64,000 bases of DNA from Chiloscyllium plagiosum (taxonomy: Eukaryota): contig NC_057758.1 in NCBI RefSeq assembly GCF_004010195.1, forward strand, positions 4,516,793-4,580,792. The letters run 5' to 3'. The notes beneath the pieces were generated by a model. It ran no database searches and was not told where the DNA came from. It saw only the letters and a list, made by a program, of their open reading frames with translations. The number at the start of each line of letters is the position of its first letter. Position 1 is the stretch's first letter. Shown piece by piece: positions 26,506-38,154 of the stretch. Both the position numbers and the translations under genes were made by a program.

Positions 26506-27471
26506 AGTAAAAAAGAATATTACAGCACAGGAACAGACCCTCCAACGTTCAACCTACGCCCATGCAGATCTTCTATCTAAACCTATCGCCTGCTTTCTAA
26601 GGATCTATATCCCTCTGCTCCTTGCTCATTCATGTCTCTGTCTCGATACAAAATAAATGACGTCATCGTGCCCGCTCTAACATCTCCGCTGGCAACGCCT
26701 TCCAGGCATCCACCACCCTCTGCAGAAAGATCTTTTCACGCATATCTTCCTGAAATTAATCCCTTCTCACCTTGAAGTCGTGACGACTAGTGTTTGAGTC
26801 CCCCAATCTCGGTAGGACGCTTGTTGCTCTCCATCCTACCGATATTTCTCATGATTTTATAGGCCTCAGTCAGGTCTTCCTCAACCTCTGTCTTCCTAAG
26901 GAAAGTTCTCCTAATCTTCTCNNNNNNNNNNNNNNNNNNNNNNNNNNNNNNNNNNNNNNNNNNNNNNNNNNNNNNNNNNNNNNNNNNNNNNNNNNNNNNN
27001 NNNNNNNNNNNNNNNNNNNNNNNNNNNNNNNNNNNNNNNNNNNNNNNNNNNNNNNNNNNNNNNNNNNNNNNNNNNNNNNNNNNNNNNNNNNNNNNNNNNN
27101 NNNNNNNNNNNNNNNNNNNNNNNNNNNNNNNNNNNNNNNNNNNNNNNNNNNNNNNNNNNNNNNNNNNNNNNNNNNNNNNNNNNNNNNNNNNNNNNNNNNN
27201 NNNNNNNNNNNNNNNNNNNNNNNNNNNNNNNNNNNNNNNNNNNNNNNNNNNNNNNNNNNNNNNNNNNNNNNNNNNNNNNNNNNNNNNNNNNNNNNNNNNN
27301 NNNNNNNNNNNNNNNNNNNNNNNNNNNNNNNNNNNNNNNNNNNNNNNNNNNNNNNNNNNNNNNNNNNNNNNNNNNNNNNNNNNNNNNNNNNNNNNNNNNN
27401 NNNNNNNNNNNNNNNNNNNNNNNNNNNNNNNNNNNNNNNNNNNNNNNNNNNNNNNNNNNNNNNNNNNNNNN

Positions 27472-27712
27472 CCTGCAATCTTCTTCCCGACCTCTCCGCC
27501 CCCCCCCCAGTCTGACCTATCACCCTCACCTTGTCCTCTTTCCACCTATCACATTTCCGGCGCCCCTCCCCCAAGTCCCTCCTCCCTATCTTTTATCTTA
27601 GCCTGCTGGACCAACTTTCCTCATTCCTGAAGAAGGGCTAATGCCCGAAACGTCGATTCTCCTGTTCCCTAGATGCTGCCTGACCTGCTGCGCTTTTCCA
27701 GCAACACATTTC
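27472..27712 (+). mobile_element. Penelope-type terminal fragment inserted in CR1
   Basis: C/T-rich tract, then ATTCCTGAAGAAGGGCTAATGCCCGAAACGTCGATTCTCCTG...GATGCTGCCTGACCTGCTGCGCTTTTCCAGCA. Homologous in reverse orientation to 13810-14000. The 5' part lies in a gap. Confidence 0.75.
27623..27658 (+). ncRNA. Putative minimal type-I hammerhead ribozyme
   Basis: AUUC-CUGAAGA-A-GGGC-UAAU-GCCC-GAAA-CG-UC^GAUU: CUGANGA core (27627-27633), perfect 4-bp stem II, GAAA, minimal stem III, predicted cleavage after 27654, and a short imperfect stem I. Confidence 0.6.
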
Positions 27713-30700
27713 CATCACCAATCTTAGTCTCACCTGCAAACTTGTTACTCAGACCAACTATACTTTCCTGCACATCATTTATATGTATCACAAACAATAG
27801 TGGCCCAGCGCGAATCCTTGTGAAACTCCCTTCTACTATTACTCTCAGTATCCTATTGCCCAACTAGTTCTTTATCCATTTAGCTAATACACCCGAGGAT
27901 CTCATCTGACCTCTCTTTCTTCCACAACTGACCATGGGGAAACTTATCAAATGCCTTACTGAAGTTGATGACGATAATGTTTACAACACTTCATTCATCA
28001 ATCAACTTTGTCACTTCCTCAACAAATTCTCTTAAATTGGTAAGACATGATCTTCCCCGCATAAAACGATGTTGTCTTTCACTGATAAACCCATTTTCTT
28101 CCAACTGTAAATCTTTCCTACTCACAGTATCTTCTCCAGCATCTTCACTGTCACTGGCATCAGGCTGTAGTGACCTGCATTATCCCTTCTACGCATCTTC
28201 AACAAGAGGACAACATTAACATTTCTCCAGTCCTCCGGTACCTCACACTTTTTCAAGAATGATAGTAATGTATCTGATAAGGCTCTCGCTATTTTCCCTC
28301 TCAGTTCCCTCTGTAACTGAGCAGAGATCCTGTTCAGTCTTGGGAGGTTGTCTACCTTTATGCTTTGAGAATACCCAACACTTCCTCGTTCCTTATGTTG
28401 ACATGACCTGGAACATTCAACGATCATTCTCTCTCCTCAACATCCGTCATGTACCTTCCCTCGGTGAATGCCAATGCAAACTCCTCATTAAGATTCTCAT
28501 CCATTTTCTTTGACCACACGTGTAAATTTCCTTCTTTGTCTTTTAGTGGGCTAACCCTTTCACTATTTACTCTCTTGTTCCTTATATATGAATAAAAGGC
28601 CTTTGGATTTTCGTTCACGTGTTAGCCAAAGATATTTCATGATTCTTATTTGCACTCATAATTTCTCCTTTCAGATTAATCCGACCTTCGCCGTGTTCGT
28701 CCAAATTTCTGTCTGTTTTCAGTCGCCTCGACCTTATGTATGCTTTCTTCTTCCTCTGAGTTACTGTCACAATTTGACTTGTGATCTATGGCTCACTAAT
28801 ATTGCCCTTTCTAGTCCTTATTTCCACAGGGCGGTGTCTGTCCTGTACGCTAAGGAACACTGTTTGAAAGCCTCTCACATATCCAAAATGATTTACCTTC
28901 AAATAACTGCACCAATTCAACATTCCCCAGCTCCTGCTGAGTTTTGGTACACGTGGCCTTCTCCTAACTTAGCACTCTTCCTTCAGGACAAACCTTGTCT
29001 TTATCCATTATTATTAAAAACAGAAACATTATGGAATTGAGTCACTATTCCCAAAGTAACCCCCAGTGAAATTTCAACCAGCTGGCTGTACACATTCCCC
29101 AACACCGCTACAGTATGGCCCCTCCTCGAGCTGGACTATACATGTACTGTTCGAGAAGGTTTTCCTGGACGCTCCTTAAAAATTCTGCTCCAGCTCGAAC
29201 TATAAAATTAAGTGAATCCCAGTTAATGCTGTGAAAATTATTGTCTCTAATCACTGTTGTCCGCTTGCTCCTTCAGCTTTGAATAATCTGTTTACATATT
29301 TGTACCACAATCTTACCCTCACTGTTGGGAAGCCTGTACGATTGCTGCAATATTGTTTTCGCTCACTTCTTATTTCTGAGCTCTGCACATATTGCTACAA
29401 TTCTGGATTCCTCAAAGGTACCCTTCTTCAGCACAGGTGTAGCGTCCACTGTGACCAGTAATGCAACTCCTTCACCCCGTTTAAATCAGTCTCTATCCCA
29501 CCTGAAACATTTGTATCCTAGGATATTTAGTTGCCAATCATGCCCTTCCACCAACTAATTCTCAGTAATAGTAAAAATATCATACTCCTGAATAAACAAA
29601 CACTAAGTTCATCTGCCTTACCAATTGCACTTCTCGCCTTAAATCAAAAGCACCTCAGACCACGGGTCCGAATGCGTTCAACGTCTACTCAATGCTTACA
29701 CGTTTAATTCGTCACGTTTACTTCATGATTTAATACCTTGCAGGCTTTATTTTCTACCTTCTTCCTGTCCAGTCACCTCCTCATTTGGTTGCCATGCCCC
29801 GTCACATGAGTTTAACACCTCCCCAACAGCGTTAGCAAAAGCACGCCCAAGGACATTGGTTACAGTTCTGCCCAGGTGCAGACCATACAACTTACAATTA
29901 TGCCACCGCATCCAGAACCGGTCCCAATGTCCCTCTTCCTCCTACACTATCTCTCTCGCCACACATTCATCATGCCTATTGTTTCATTTCATCTCTGACT
30001 AGCACATAGCCATTCTGAGATGACTGGTTCTGAGGTCCTACTTTTTAACTTAGTTCCAAATTCCGTAAGAAATGTATCTACGACCTCATCCCTTACTTTA
30101 CCTACATCACTGGTGTCAATATCTACCATGGTAGCTGGCTGTTTATCCTCCCTTTCAGAAAGATCTGCAGCTGATCTGAGACATCCCTGACCCGTTCATT
30201 GAAAGGCGAGATCCCTTTTCGCAGTCTCTTTATCGAACACAGGAAAGCCTATGTATTTCCCTTGCAATGGATATCCCGATGACTACAGCTCCCCCACTCT
30301 TTGCTCACCTTTCTGTTCAGCAAAGCTGCTGAGACATCTCACCCAACAGTATCCAAAGCGGTATAGCAGATTTAGAGGTAGATGGCCGCAGGGGACACAC
30401 GCTATGCCTTCTTGCTCTTCCTCTGTCTTTTGGGCATCAATACCCTTTATCTCTCAGCAATCCTAATCTGCGGTGGAACCAACTTGCTAAATGTGCTATC
30501 CACGTCCTCCTCAATATTGCAAATGCTCTGAAGTGAGTCCATCAACAGCTCCACAATCGTCTTGTGGTCTGACAAGAGCACAGTTGTACACAAGTCCTTT
30601 ACCTGAAGGACTCAGGAATATCAGCTGCGTCTTTGATCTTTCACATTGACCACGAGGAGCATAACACGGGGCTGAAATTTACTGCTATTTTTAATCGTAA

Positions 30701-30939
30701 GCTTAACTTGGTGCTACTATTATATAAAACAATAGATAAATGTTAAAAAAAACACAAGTTAGAATCATACGACATCATAGGAAAGAGAAAAGACTTACCT
30801 TATGAACACATCGCAGAGTTCTCTTCTCTGTCTCAAGATGAGGGTGGGTGGGAAAAACTACACCTGTAGTGTCCATGGTTCAGTCAATGCCGAATTGCGT
30901 CATGTCACTCCGATTTACAAAGTGCTGTTCGTCGGCTCC

Positions 30940-32530
30940 CATTGAGCTCCCACTGCTACTGAAAATGGAGGCCGTTGACGCTGGCGGTAAGTCCTTTCAG
31001 ACGGTTCACTCCGCACTCTTGTTGCTGCTGAAAATGAACTCTGCTGACTCGGATAAGTCCTTCCAAACAAAAACTTATCTGCTCGGCAACCTCCTGGTCC
31101 TCGTCCTCAGCATTCCAGTTGCTGCTAAAAATTGGAGACTGCTATCTGTGGGCGACACAATGGCTCAGTGGTTAGCTCTGCTCCCTCACAGCGCAAGGGG
31201 TCCACGATCAGTTCCCGCCTCAGGCAACTGTCTGTGTGGATTTTGCATATTCGTGGGCACTGGGTACTCTGGTTTCTTCCCACAGCCCAAAGATGTGCAG
31301 TTTCGGTGAAATGGTCATGCTAAATTACTCAAAGTGTAAGGTGTAGGGGAATGGCCCTTGGTGGGTTGCTCTTCTGAGGGTCAACGTGTGACCTTCTGGG
31401 CCAAAGGACCTGTTTCCACACTGTAGGTAATCTGATTGGTCCTTTTCGAAGTAGGTTTACCTGACCGGCATTCCACTGATATACAATCTCACAGCTGCCG
31501 CTGCTGCTAAAAGTGTAGGTCACTTACCTTCGTGGTAACACCTTTTAAAGGGAAACTTACATTCCCAGCAGTCACCTGGCCATGGCTCTCTCTGCTTCAG
31601 CTTTTGATGAAGCTGTAGGACGCTGAACCTAGAGGTACCTTCGAGGAAAATTTACATTCCCAGCAGCCCCCTGTCTTTGCTCGCACCCTAACAGCTGCTG
31701 CTGTAACTGGAGGCTGCTGACACTTGAAGTAAGTCTTTTAGTGAGAAATTTACATTCCCAGCAGCCCCCGGTCATTGCTCCCACCCCAACAGCTGCTGCT
31801 GTAACTGGGGGCTGCTGACACTTGAGGTAAGTCTTTTAGTGAGAAATGTACATTCCCAGCAGCGCCCGGCCCTCGCTCTCATCTCTCCCGCTGCTGCTGA
31901 AAATGGAGGCCTCAAAATCTCGTGGAATGTTCTGTTGGAAGGAAACTTTCTTTCGCACAATGCCCTGGTCCTCCAACATACCGCTCCCGTTGCTGCTGAA
32001 AATGCAGGCCGCTGAATCTCGAGGTAAATACTTTTAGAGGTAAACTTTCATTCCTAGCCATACCCTGGTCCTCGATTTTATCCGTCCTGCAGTTGTTGAA
32101 AATGGAGTGAGTCGACTCTTGAGGTAAGTCCTTTCAGACTGAGACTTCCTTCCTGACAACCCCCTGGTCATCCTTCTCACCAGTCCCTCTGCTGCTGGAA
32201 ATGGAGGGCGATGACTCTCTAGGTCAGACATTTCAGAGGGAACGTTGCCTTCCCAGCAGCCCCGGTCCTAGTTCTCAACTCTCTGCCCGCAACTGAAAAT
32301 AGAGTCTGCTGAATCTCCTGTTAAGTCCTTTCAGTGGATAATTGACCTTTTAGTTCCCCCGGTTCTCACCCTCATAGGTCCCGCTCCTGCTGATAATCGA
32401 CAGCGTTGACTCTCGAGATAAGTCCTTTTTGAGGGCAGTTTCCGTCCCAGCAGCCCTCCGGTGCTTGCACTCACCGCTCCCGCTGCTGCTGAAAGTGGAA
32501 GATGCTGACTCTCGAGGTATGTCTTTTTCA
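30940..32530. repeat. Diverged ~98-bp tandem monomer array (~14 units) at the CR1 5' end
   Basis: The GCTGCTGAAAATGGAGGC-like motif recurs near 31701, 31799, 31897, 31996, 32096, 32195, 32293, 32390 and 32489, with further copies near 30959-31125 and 31507-31606. Paralog at ~54410-55997. Confidence 0.85.
31150..31432 (+). mobile_element. HE1-like SINE inserted in the monomer array
   Basis: GGCGACACAATGGCTCAGTGGTTAGC...GGACCTGTTTCCACACTGTAGGTAATCT, with an internal deletion. Copy at ~54620-54902. Confidence 0.85.
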
Positions 32531-33360
32531 GCACATGTCAAACATTCAAGGTAATTTGGTGGGCTGATGTTGGTCAGAATCATGATGAACCCGTCGAAGC
32601 GCTTTCAAATTCCGGAAGTGAGCGGCACCGGGAGGTAGTGTGAAAGGCAAGCTACATGATTTTCCGTTTCCAACAGGTTTGTAGTCGTCTTCTTGAAGTA
32701 GGTGGGGACTTATGATCGTAAAAAGGAGAGGTTAAAGAGGTCTGTGAATATTCCCACAAGGTCGTCAGGAAAGGATCTGAGTGCCTGGCTGTGGATTCCA
32801 TTCAGGCCAGTCGATGTCTGTGAGTCCTCTCTTAAGAAGATCGATCTAACCTTTGCGTAGCCCCCGGTTCTCACCCTCATAGGTCCCGCTCCTGCTGATA
32901 ATCGACAGCGTTGACTCTCGAGATAAGTCCTTTTTGAGGGCAGTTTCCGTCCCAGCAGCCCTCTGTTGCACTCACCCCTCCCGCTGCTGCTGAAAGTGGA
33001 AGATGCTGACTCTCAAGGTATGTCTTTTTCAGCGAATGTCAAACATTCAAGGTAATTTGGTGGGCTGATGTTGGTCAGAATCATGATGAACCCGTCGAAG
33101 CGCTTTCAAATTCCGGAAGTGAGCGGCACCGGGAGGTAGTGTGAAAGGCAAGCGACATGATTTCCCGTTTGCAACAGGTTTGTAGTCGTCTTCTCGAAGT
33201 AGGTGGGGACTTATGATCATGAAAAGGAGAGGTTAAAGAGGTCTGTGAATATTCCCCCAGGTCGTCAGGAAAGGATCTGAGTGCCTGGCTGTGGATTCCA
33301 TTCAGGCCAGTCGATGTCTGTGAGTCCTCTCTTAAGAAGATTGATCTAACATTTGCGGTA
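32350..33360 (+). repeat. ~505-bp tandem duplication (copy A only)
   Basis: CCCCCGGTTCTCACCCTCATAGG occurs at 32356 and 32861, but only once in copy B (~55828). Confidence 0.92.
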
Positions 33361-35000
33361 GGAATCATGGTTGCATTGCAGTCCAGGCTGCTGTGATAAC
33401 AAACTTACAATACTTTGAACTCGTTGTGTTGTGATGTACTCTTGCCCGCGATTCTGTTCAACTTCTTTTGATAGTCTTTGTGTGAAAGTCTTGCCATAAA
33501 TGACGGTGCCCGAGTCAAACTTTGTTTCGTGTTGCCTCTTGCCATCTCCGATGGACTTATGAAGGGCTTACTTGGATTTTCAGTGGATTTCAAAGTTGCT
33601 CGACCTGATCACATTTGATTTGGAATTCAGCGAGGACAGCAACTCCAATTTCTTCCATATTTCCCACATGGTGAAAATTCAGATTACTAACATCAGTACA
33701 CAGTTTTTTTTACACTAATGGCGTCCGTAACGGTAATGGCGTGTTTGCTTAGGTTCAGCACTGAGTGCTTCAATACAGCAAAGTCCACTGATTCTAAGCA
33801 GTCCCGTAATCGCCATCCATTGCCCAGATCAATATTGCACGACTTTCTATATTAGATCCTCATGCGCCAATTCCTTCTTGTCAGCTGGTGATAGGAGTCG
33901 GGGTGGGTTCTGTTGAGCTGGACACAGCCCTGCGATCGAATGCTCAAAAATGCAAACTGCGAATGGGCTGTTAACCGAGAATTGGTGGTTTTATATCTAC
34001 GGTCATGGAAGTTCCTACCTCTGGTGGATCACGAAACATATTGGTAACCCATGTTTAAGGTGCGCCTGATTGAAGTCACCAACAAATAAAACAAAGACCT
34101 CTAAGTATTCTGTCTCAAGATTGTTTGTAACACTGTATGCTTCGTCAAGTGAATTATTCAGTTCAACTCATGTAGGGTGTAGCAGTGATGGCAATTTACC
34201 GTAATATATTATAGCTTGAGGGAGCAGTAATTCGCCAGCATCGCCACGCCTGAGCACTCGAATGATGAGAAGGCATAAGCAACTGGCCGATGTATTACCA
34301 AACAACATCGATCCCTCCATTCAATAAACTGAGAATCCCTCAGGTCGTAATGCCTCGTCAGGTGCAACAGGCATGTCTCTGGAAAACAGAGTGTACAGCA
34401 GTCTCTAACTTCCCTTTGGGAGATGTGTCGAGCTTTCAGGCTGTGTTCATCTTGTGTTCACGATTTTGTATGCTTCCCTGGTGTATATTCAGCCAGGGGG
34501 ATTTGAACCCTCAATATTGAAATCTTACCGGAAGCATCTCCTACGTTTCCTGAATGACAGTTGCTCGTAATCAAACCCGGATGTGCTTGAGTGAAGTCTG
34601 CTCGTCTGGGAGGTAAGTGAAGGGGTCCGGGGACCATTCATGGTCTTGAGCATTCGAGACTGTATTGGGGTACTTTCAGTCAGGCATTCCACGATGTCGG
34701 GTGACAGTATTTCATGTTGCCGTGATGGTTGTGCTTTGGTGCCGTGTTTCTGTGACATCGGACCTGCCACTGTAGCCAGGTTTGGTAGTTCCAATGTGCT
34801 CTTGAGTGCAAGTCTCATGCACGATTCTCTACGATGTCTTGCCCTCGTCTGATCAGCTTGGTATCATTCACCATGGGCTCCGTTCTTTGTCCCAGGCTAA
34901 ATGTAACTAAACTCTGGATTTCCACGAGTACGGCAGGTTTGCAGGAAGATGATAGGCAGTTAATTACCCTGGGCTTCAGATTGCAGAGAGATGGGAAATA
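32530..35000 (-). mobile_element. Rex/Babar-type LINE, 5' half (endonuclease and N-terminal RT)
   Basis: Minus-strand VRSIFLR...TGLNGIHSQALRSFPDDL, KKLNRIAGKSTSQHNEF, RLRDCLESVDF (~33785-33815) and LFVGDFNQAHL (~34055-34087). The 5' boundary is approximate. Copy at ~55998-57970. Confidence 0.72.
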
Positions 35001-35832
35001 AAGCAAAAACAAAGCATTTGTCGCGCATTCCATGCTGATGGGGTCAGGTAAGTATATGAAAGTATCCTTCAATGAGTGTTGTAAACGTGAGTGTTTCAAT
35101 ATGTCGAAGTGTGTTGTTGGTGCCCACTACAGACAGAGTTGGCCGAAGACCCTTTTCTAAGTTGTCACTCTTTTTGGCACAGTGACTCAGAACTGGCAGA
35201 AAATTATGTTCAGTCATTATCTATTGGACCACACTGTCAATCGCATGTTCCAGTATATTCCAACTATATATTCCAAACAAGTTAATGTCGGCAAAATCTT
35301 TGCTTCCCATGCAATATCGTAAGTTGGCTACCACCAATGTGGGCATTGATCTACTTTAGTTCATGAAAAAAAAACAATGGCTTTTTCATGGAAGGTATAT
35401 CCTTGTTTCAGACGTTTACATTTTATACTGATTTTGAAAATTCATCTCCTCCAAGGTCGCCATCACGGGAGCTATTTGCTGACCACTGTTTCGGGGCACC
35501 GGCACTCCCATTTTCTTTTCTGATCCATTTAACATTGATGATGATATATTAAATTTGAAACCTGGAGATGTGGTTCGTTTAAAAACCATCATGAGGAGGA
35601 GGGAGGAATGCTAAATGACTCAATGTCTACTTCAAAAATGTCGGTTTGCCTCGGTTTTAAAAAGCAAATCAGTTTTGCACCCCAACATCCTTCTTTAAAA
35701 TAAAGAAACCTTAATTTGAATAATTTTACGGCACCACATGGAAGAGTTGCATTTGTAGAGAGTCCAAGAAATAATAATTCAAAGTTGATGCAAACATTGT
35801 TTTCACCCTCTGCGTTTACGTTCCACTAACAG

Positions 35833-36832
35833 TTAACATACTGCCTGTTGTGATTCTGCGTCGTCAACAATGTGGTCTCTCCAAATGTACCACACGATAC
35901 ATGGCGGCCATGGTGGTGACGGACCTACTTGTCATGATCTTCGACCTGATACTAAGATTCTACTTGTCGATCACAATCATTTTTATTTCCTGCGGCACAT
36001 CCCAGTGTGCAATCTACATGCAGCAGTGTTCAATTCAGCCACAGATGCATCTGTCTGGTTTACTGTCACTTTTACTTTTGACCGATTTGTGACCATCTCT
36101 TCCATGAAATGGAGACGTACGTATTGCGCTGTAAAGATGGCAGATTTAATTCTTGGGACACTTGGAATACTGTGCTGTTTAAAAAACTTCAGCTGGTATT
36201 TTATGCTGACTGGTTCCTACCGATTGTGGAACATCCCGTGGTTTTGTGTCATGGCAAAGGAAGTTCGATTCTCTCTGTTCTGGACAGCGGTAGAGTTCTT
36301 GCATCATGTTCTATCGCTGGTCGTTCCATTCGTTCTTATTGTGCTGCTGAATGTTTTCACTATCAGACAGGTGTTAGTGAGCAACCGAAAACGCAAAAGG
36401 CTCCGGGCTCATAGAATTTGGAATAGTGGTGGACATTCCAAGGGAGAGAGTCGGAGGAAATCTGTTATCTTCCTGTTTGTTATCTCGGGAAATTTCGTCC
36501 TGTCACGTGCGTTGATGACCTTGTTTTGTTTGTGGAAACGGATTTCTAGCTTCGGTTATAAGATAATATCATTACCTTATTTTCTTCTTGAACTGAGCTT
36601 CATTCTGCAAATCTCAGGCTGCTGCACAAACACTTGTGTTTATGCTATTATTCAATCAAAGTGCAATTTTTTGCCAAATCGTTCCAAAGAGCAGAACAAC
36701 TGCATCTACATGACATTTGTTCAGACGTTCATGAAGATTGCTCACCACATCCAACTGTATCATCGTTGTTCAAATACTTATACTCATATTTCCTTAATAA
36801 ATAAGAAAAATATGTTTGGCTCATCAAATTAA
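35833..36832 (+). pseudogene. GPR139-like class A GPCR copy A, exon 2 (4-bp frameshift, chimeric C-terminus)
   Basis: Acceptor TTCCACTAACAG| at 35832. Splicing to exon 1a gives ...VGLP-V-NILPVVILRRQQCGLSKCTTRYMAAMVVTDLL. Later motifs are TDASVWFTVTFTFDRF (TM3), PFVLIVLLN (TM5), ESRRKSVIFLF (TM6) and CCTNTCVY (TM7). A 4-bp deletion near 35957 (CACA present in copy B) shifts the frame. Confidence 0.88.
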
Positions 36833-38154
36833 ATTGACAGCATTATACAGGGAACTTAAGTCTAACCTTGTAAACACAACCTATGTCACTTTTTGGTCGA
36901 TTATCGGTAACTTGAATTGCTCAAGATGATTCGACGTCATGTACTGCAAAGTGTGAAATTCAAAGACAACATGTTTATTACTGGTGTGCATACAATTCAC
37001 GTAGGTAGTAGCGAAATATCCAAATGCAGTTATCAAAAAAGCTTACTTTCGTTATAGTTGACCAATTTCATTGTATGGATTATTCTGCCCCCGACCTCCA
37101 CTTTTAAGTTCGGAGATCAATGCAAAATGTAATGATCTCATGCCCTTTGCTTACCCTGATCTGAGCTTCGTCATCCACGTCTCCTCATCACAAATATCAT
37201 ATAAATCCCGCTGTGATTTCTTGTTCGTGAGTGAACAAGATTGTAGTTCCCTTTATCCTCTCATTTGCATTCGTGTATTTTCTTTACTGTTTACTCCACT
37301 GTGCAACTCAGTCAAAGTGCTGTTCCACACCAAATGCAGCAAATCACTTAACTGGTTTTCAAATTATGTAGTGACTCACGCAGCCTGCTGTGCATCACTG
37401 ACAAAGTAACATTAAAACATTTCAAACAGATTGGTCATGATGGGGAGTCTTCCCTCAAGTATCTCACAGCTAGCTATGTATTCCAGCACAGCTCCAACTC
37501 GAGACTCTATCCGAAAATGCAGAAACTCGCCAAGGTTTACCTTCTGCACAAAGGCAAATCCAAGATAGCCGACAGTGCAATCAAGCAGCAAGTGCTCAGA
37601 AATAATCTGATTAGTAACGCCCCCTTTGGGTTCCACCAAGACAAATCTGTTCTTAACCTCACTGCAACTTTCGTTGAATCATGGACAAAGGAACGAAATT
37701 CTAGTGGTGATGTGACATCAGTCCTTGTCATCAAGGCCGCATGGAACTAGGTGTGGTATCAAGGAGCTGTATTATAACTGGAATCAATGTTTATCAGGGA
37801 TTAAATATCCAGTGCTTGAAGCCATATCTGGCACAGAAGATTATAGTCATGCTGGCGCTCTGTCATCCCACCTCCACGTTATTTCTTACGAAATTCCACA
37901 GAGAAGCGTCCTCTGCCAAACAACATTCAGTTGCTTCATCAGTGGCCTTCCCTTTATCACTAGATCCGAAGTGAGGATGTTCACTGTTGTAGGCACAATG
38001 TTCAACACAATTCACGAGTTCACATATACTGACACAGTCCATGCTGAAATGTAAGGGGACCTGGGCAATAACGAGGGATGGGCTGACAACTGACAGGCAA
38101 TATTTGCGCAATGCAAATGCGAGGCTCTGACGATCAGTGTCAAAATGTTCGGGG

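Larger units (their letters stand above)
26506..32530 (-). mobile_element. Near full-length, decayed CR1 LINE (3' UTR, ORF2, esterase-like ORF1, monomeric 5' region)
   Basis: GPLLFVIHIND...KFAGETKIG (27712-27863), ENPKAFYSYIRNKR (28424-28618), endonuclease-like DNNFHSINWD...QENFLEQY (copy B ORF 52568), and ORF1-like VDIDTSDVGK...EFGTKLKSRTSEPVISEW (copy B ORF 53409). Copy at ~51215-55997. Confidence 0.8.
12498..36662 (+). repeat. Segmental duplication copy A (~24 kb)
   Basis: 12498 CATTATACAGGGAACTTAAGTC matches 36841. ORF pairs are collinear (12728/37071, 15740/40029, 20030/47990, 30848/54317, 35850/58822). Homology ends at CAATCAAAGT, 36662 versus 59638. Confidence 0.95.
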
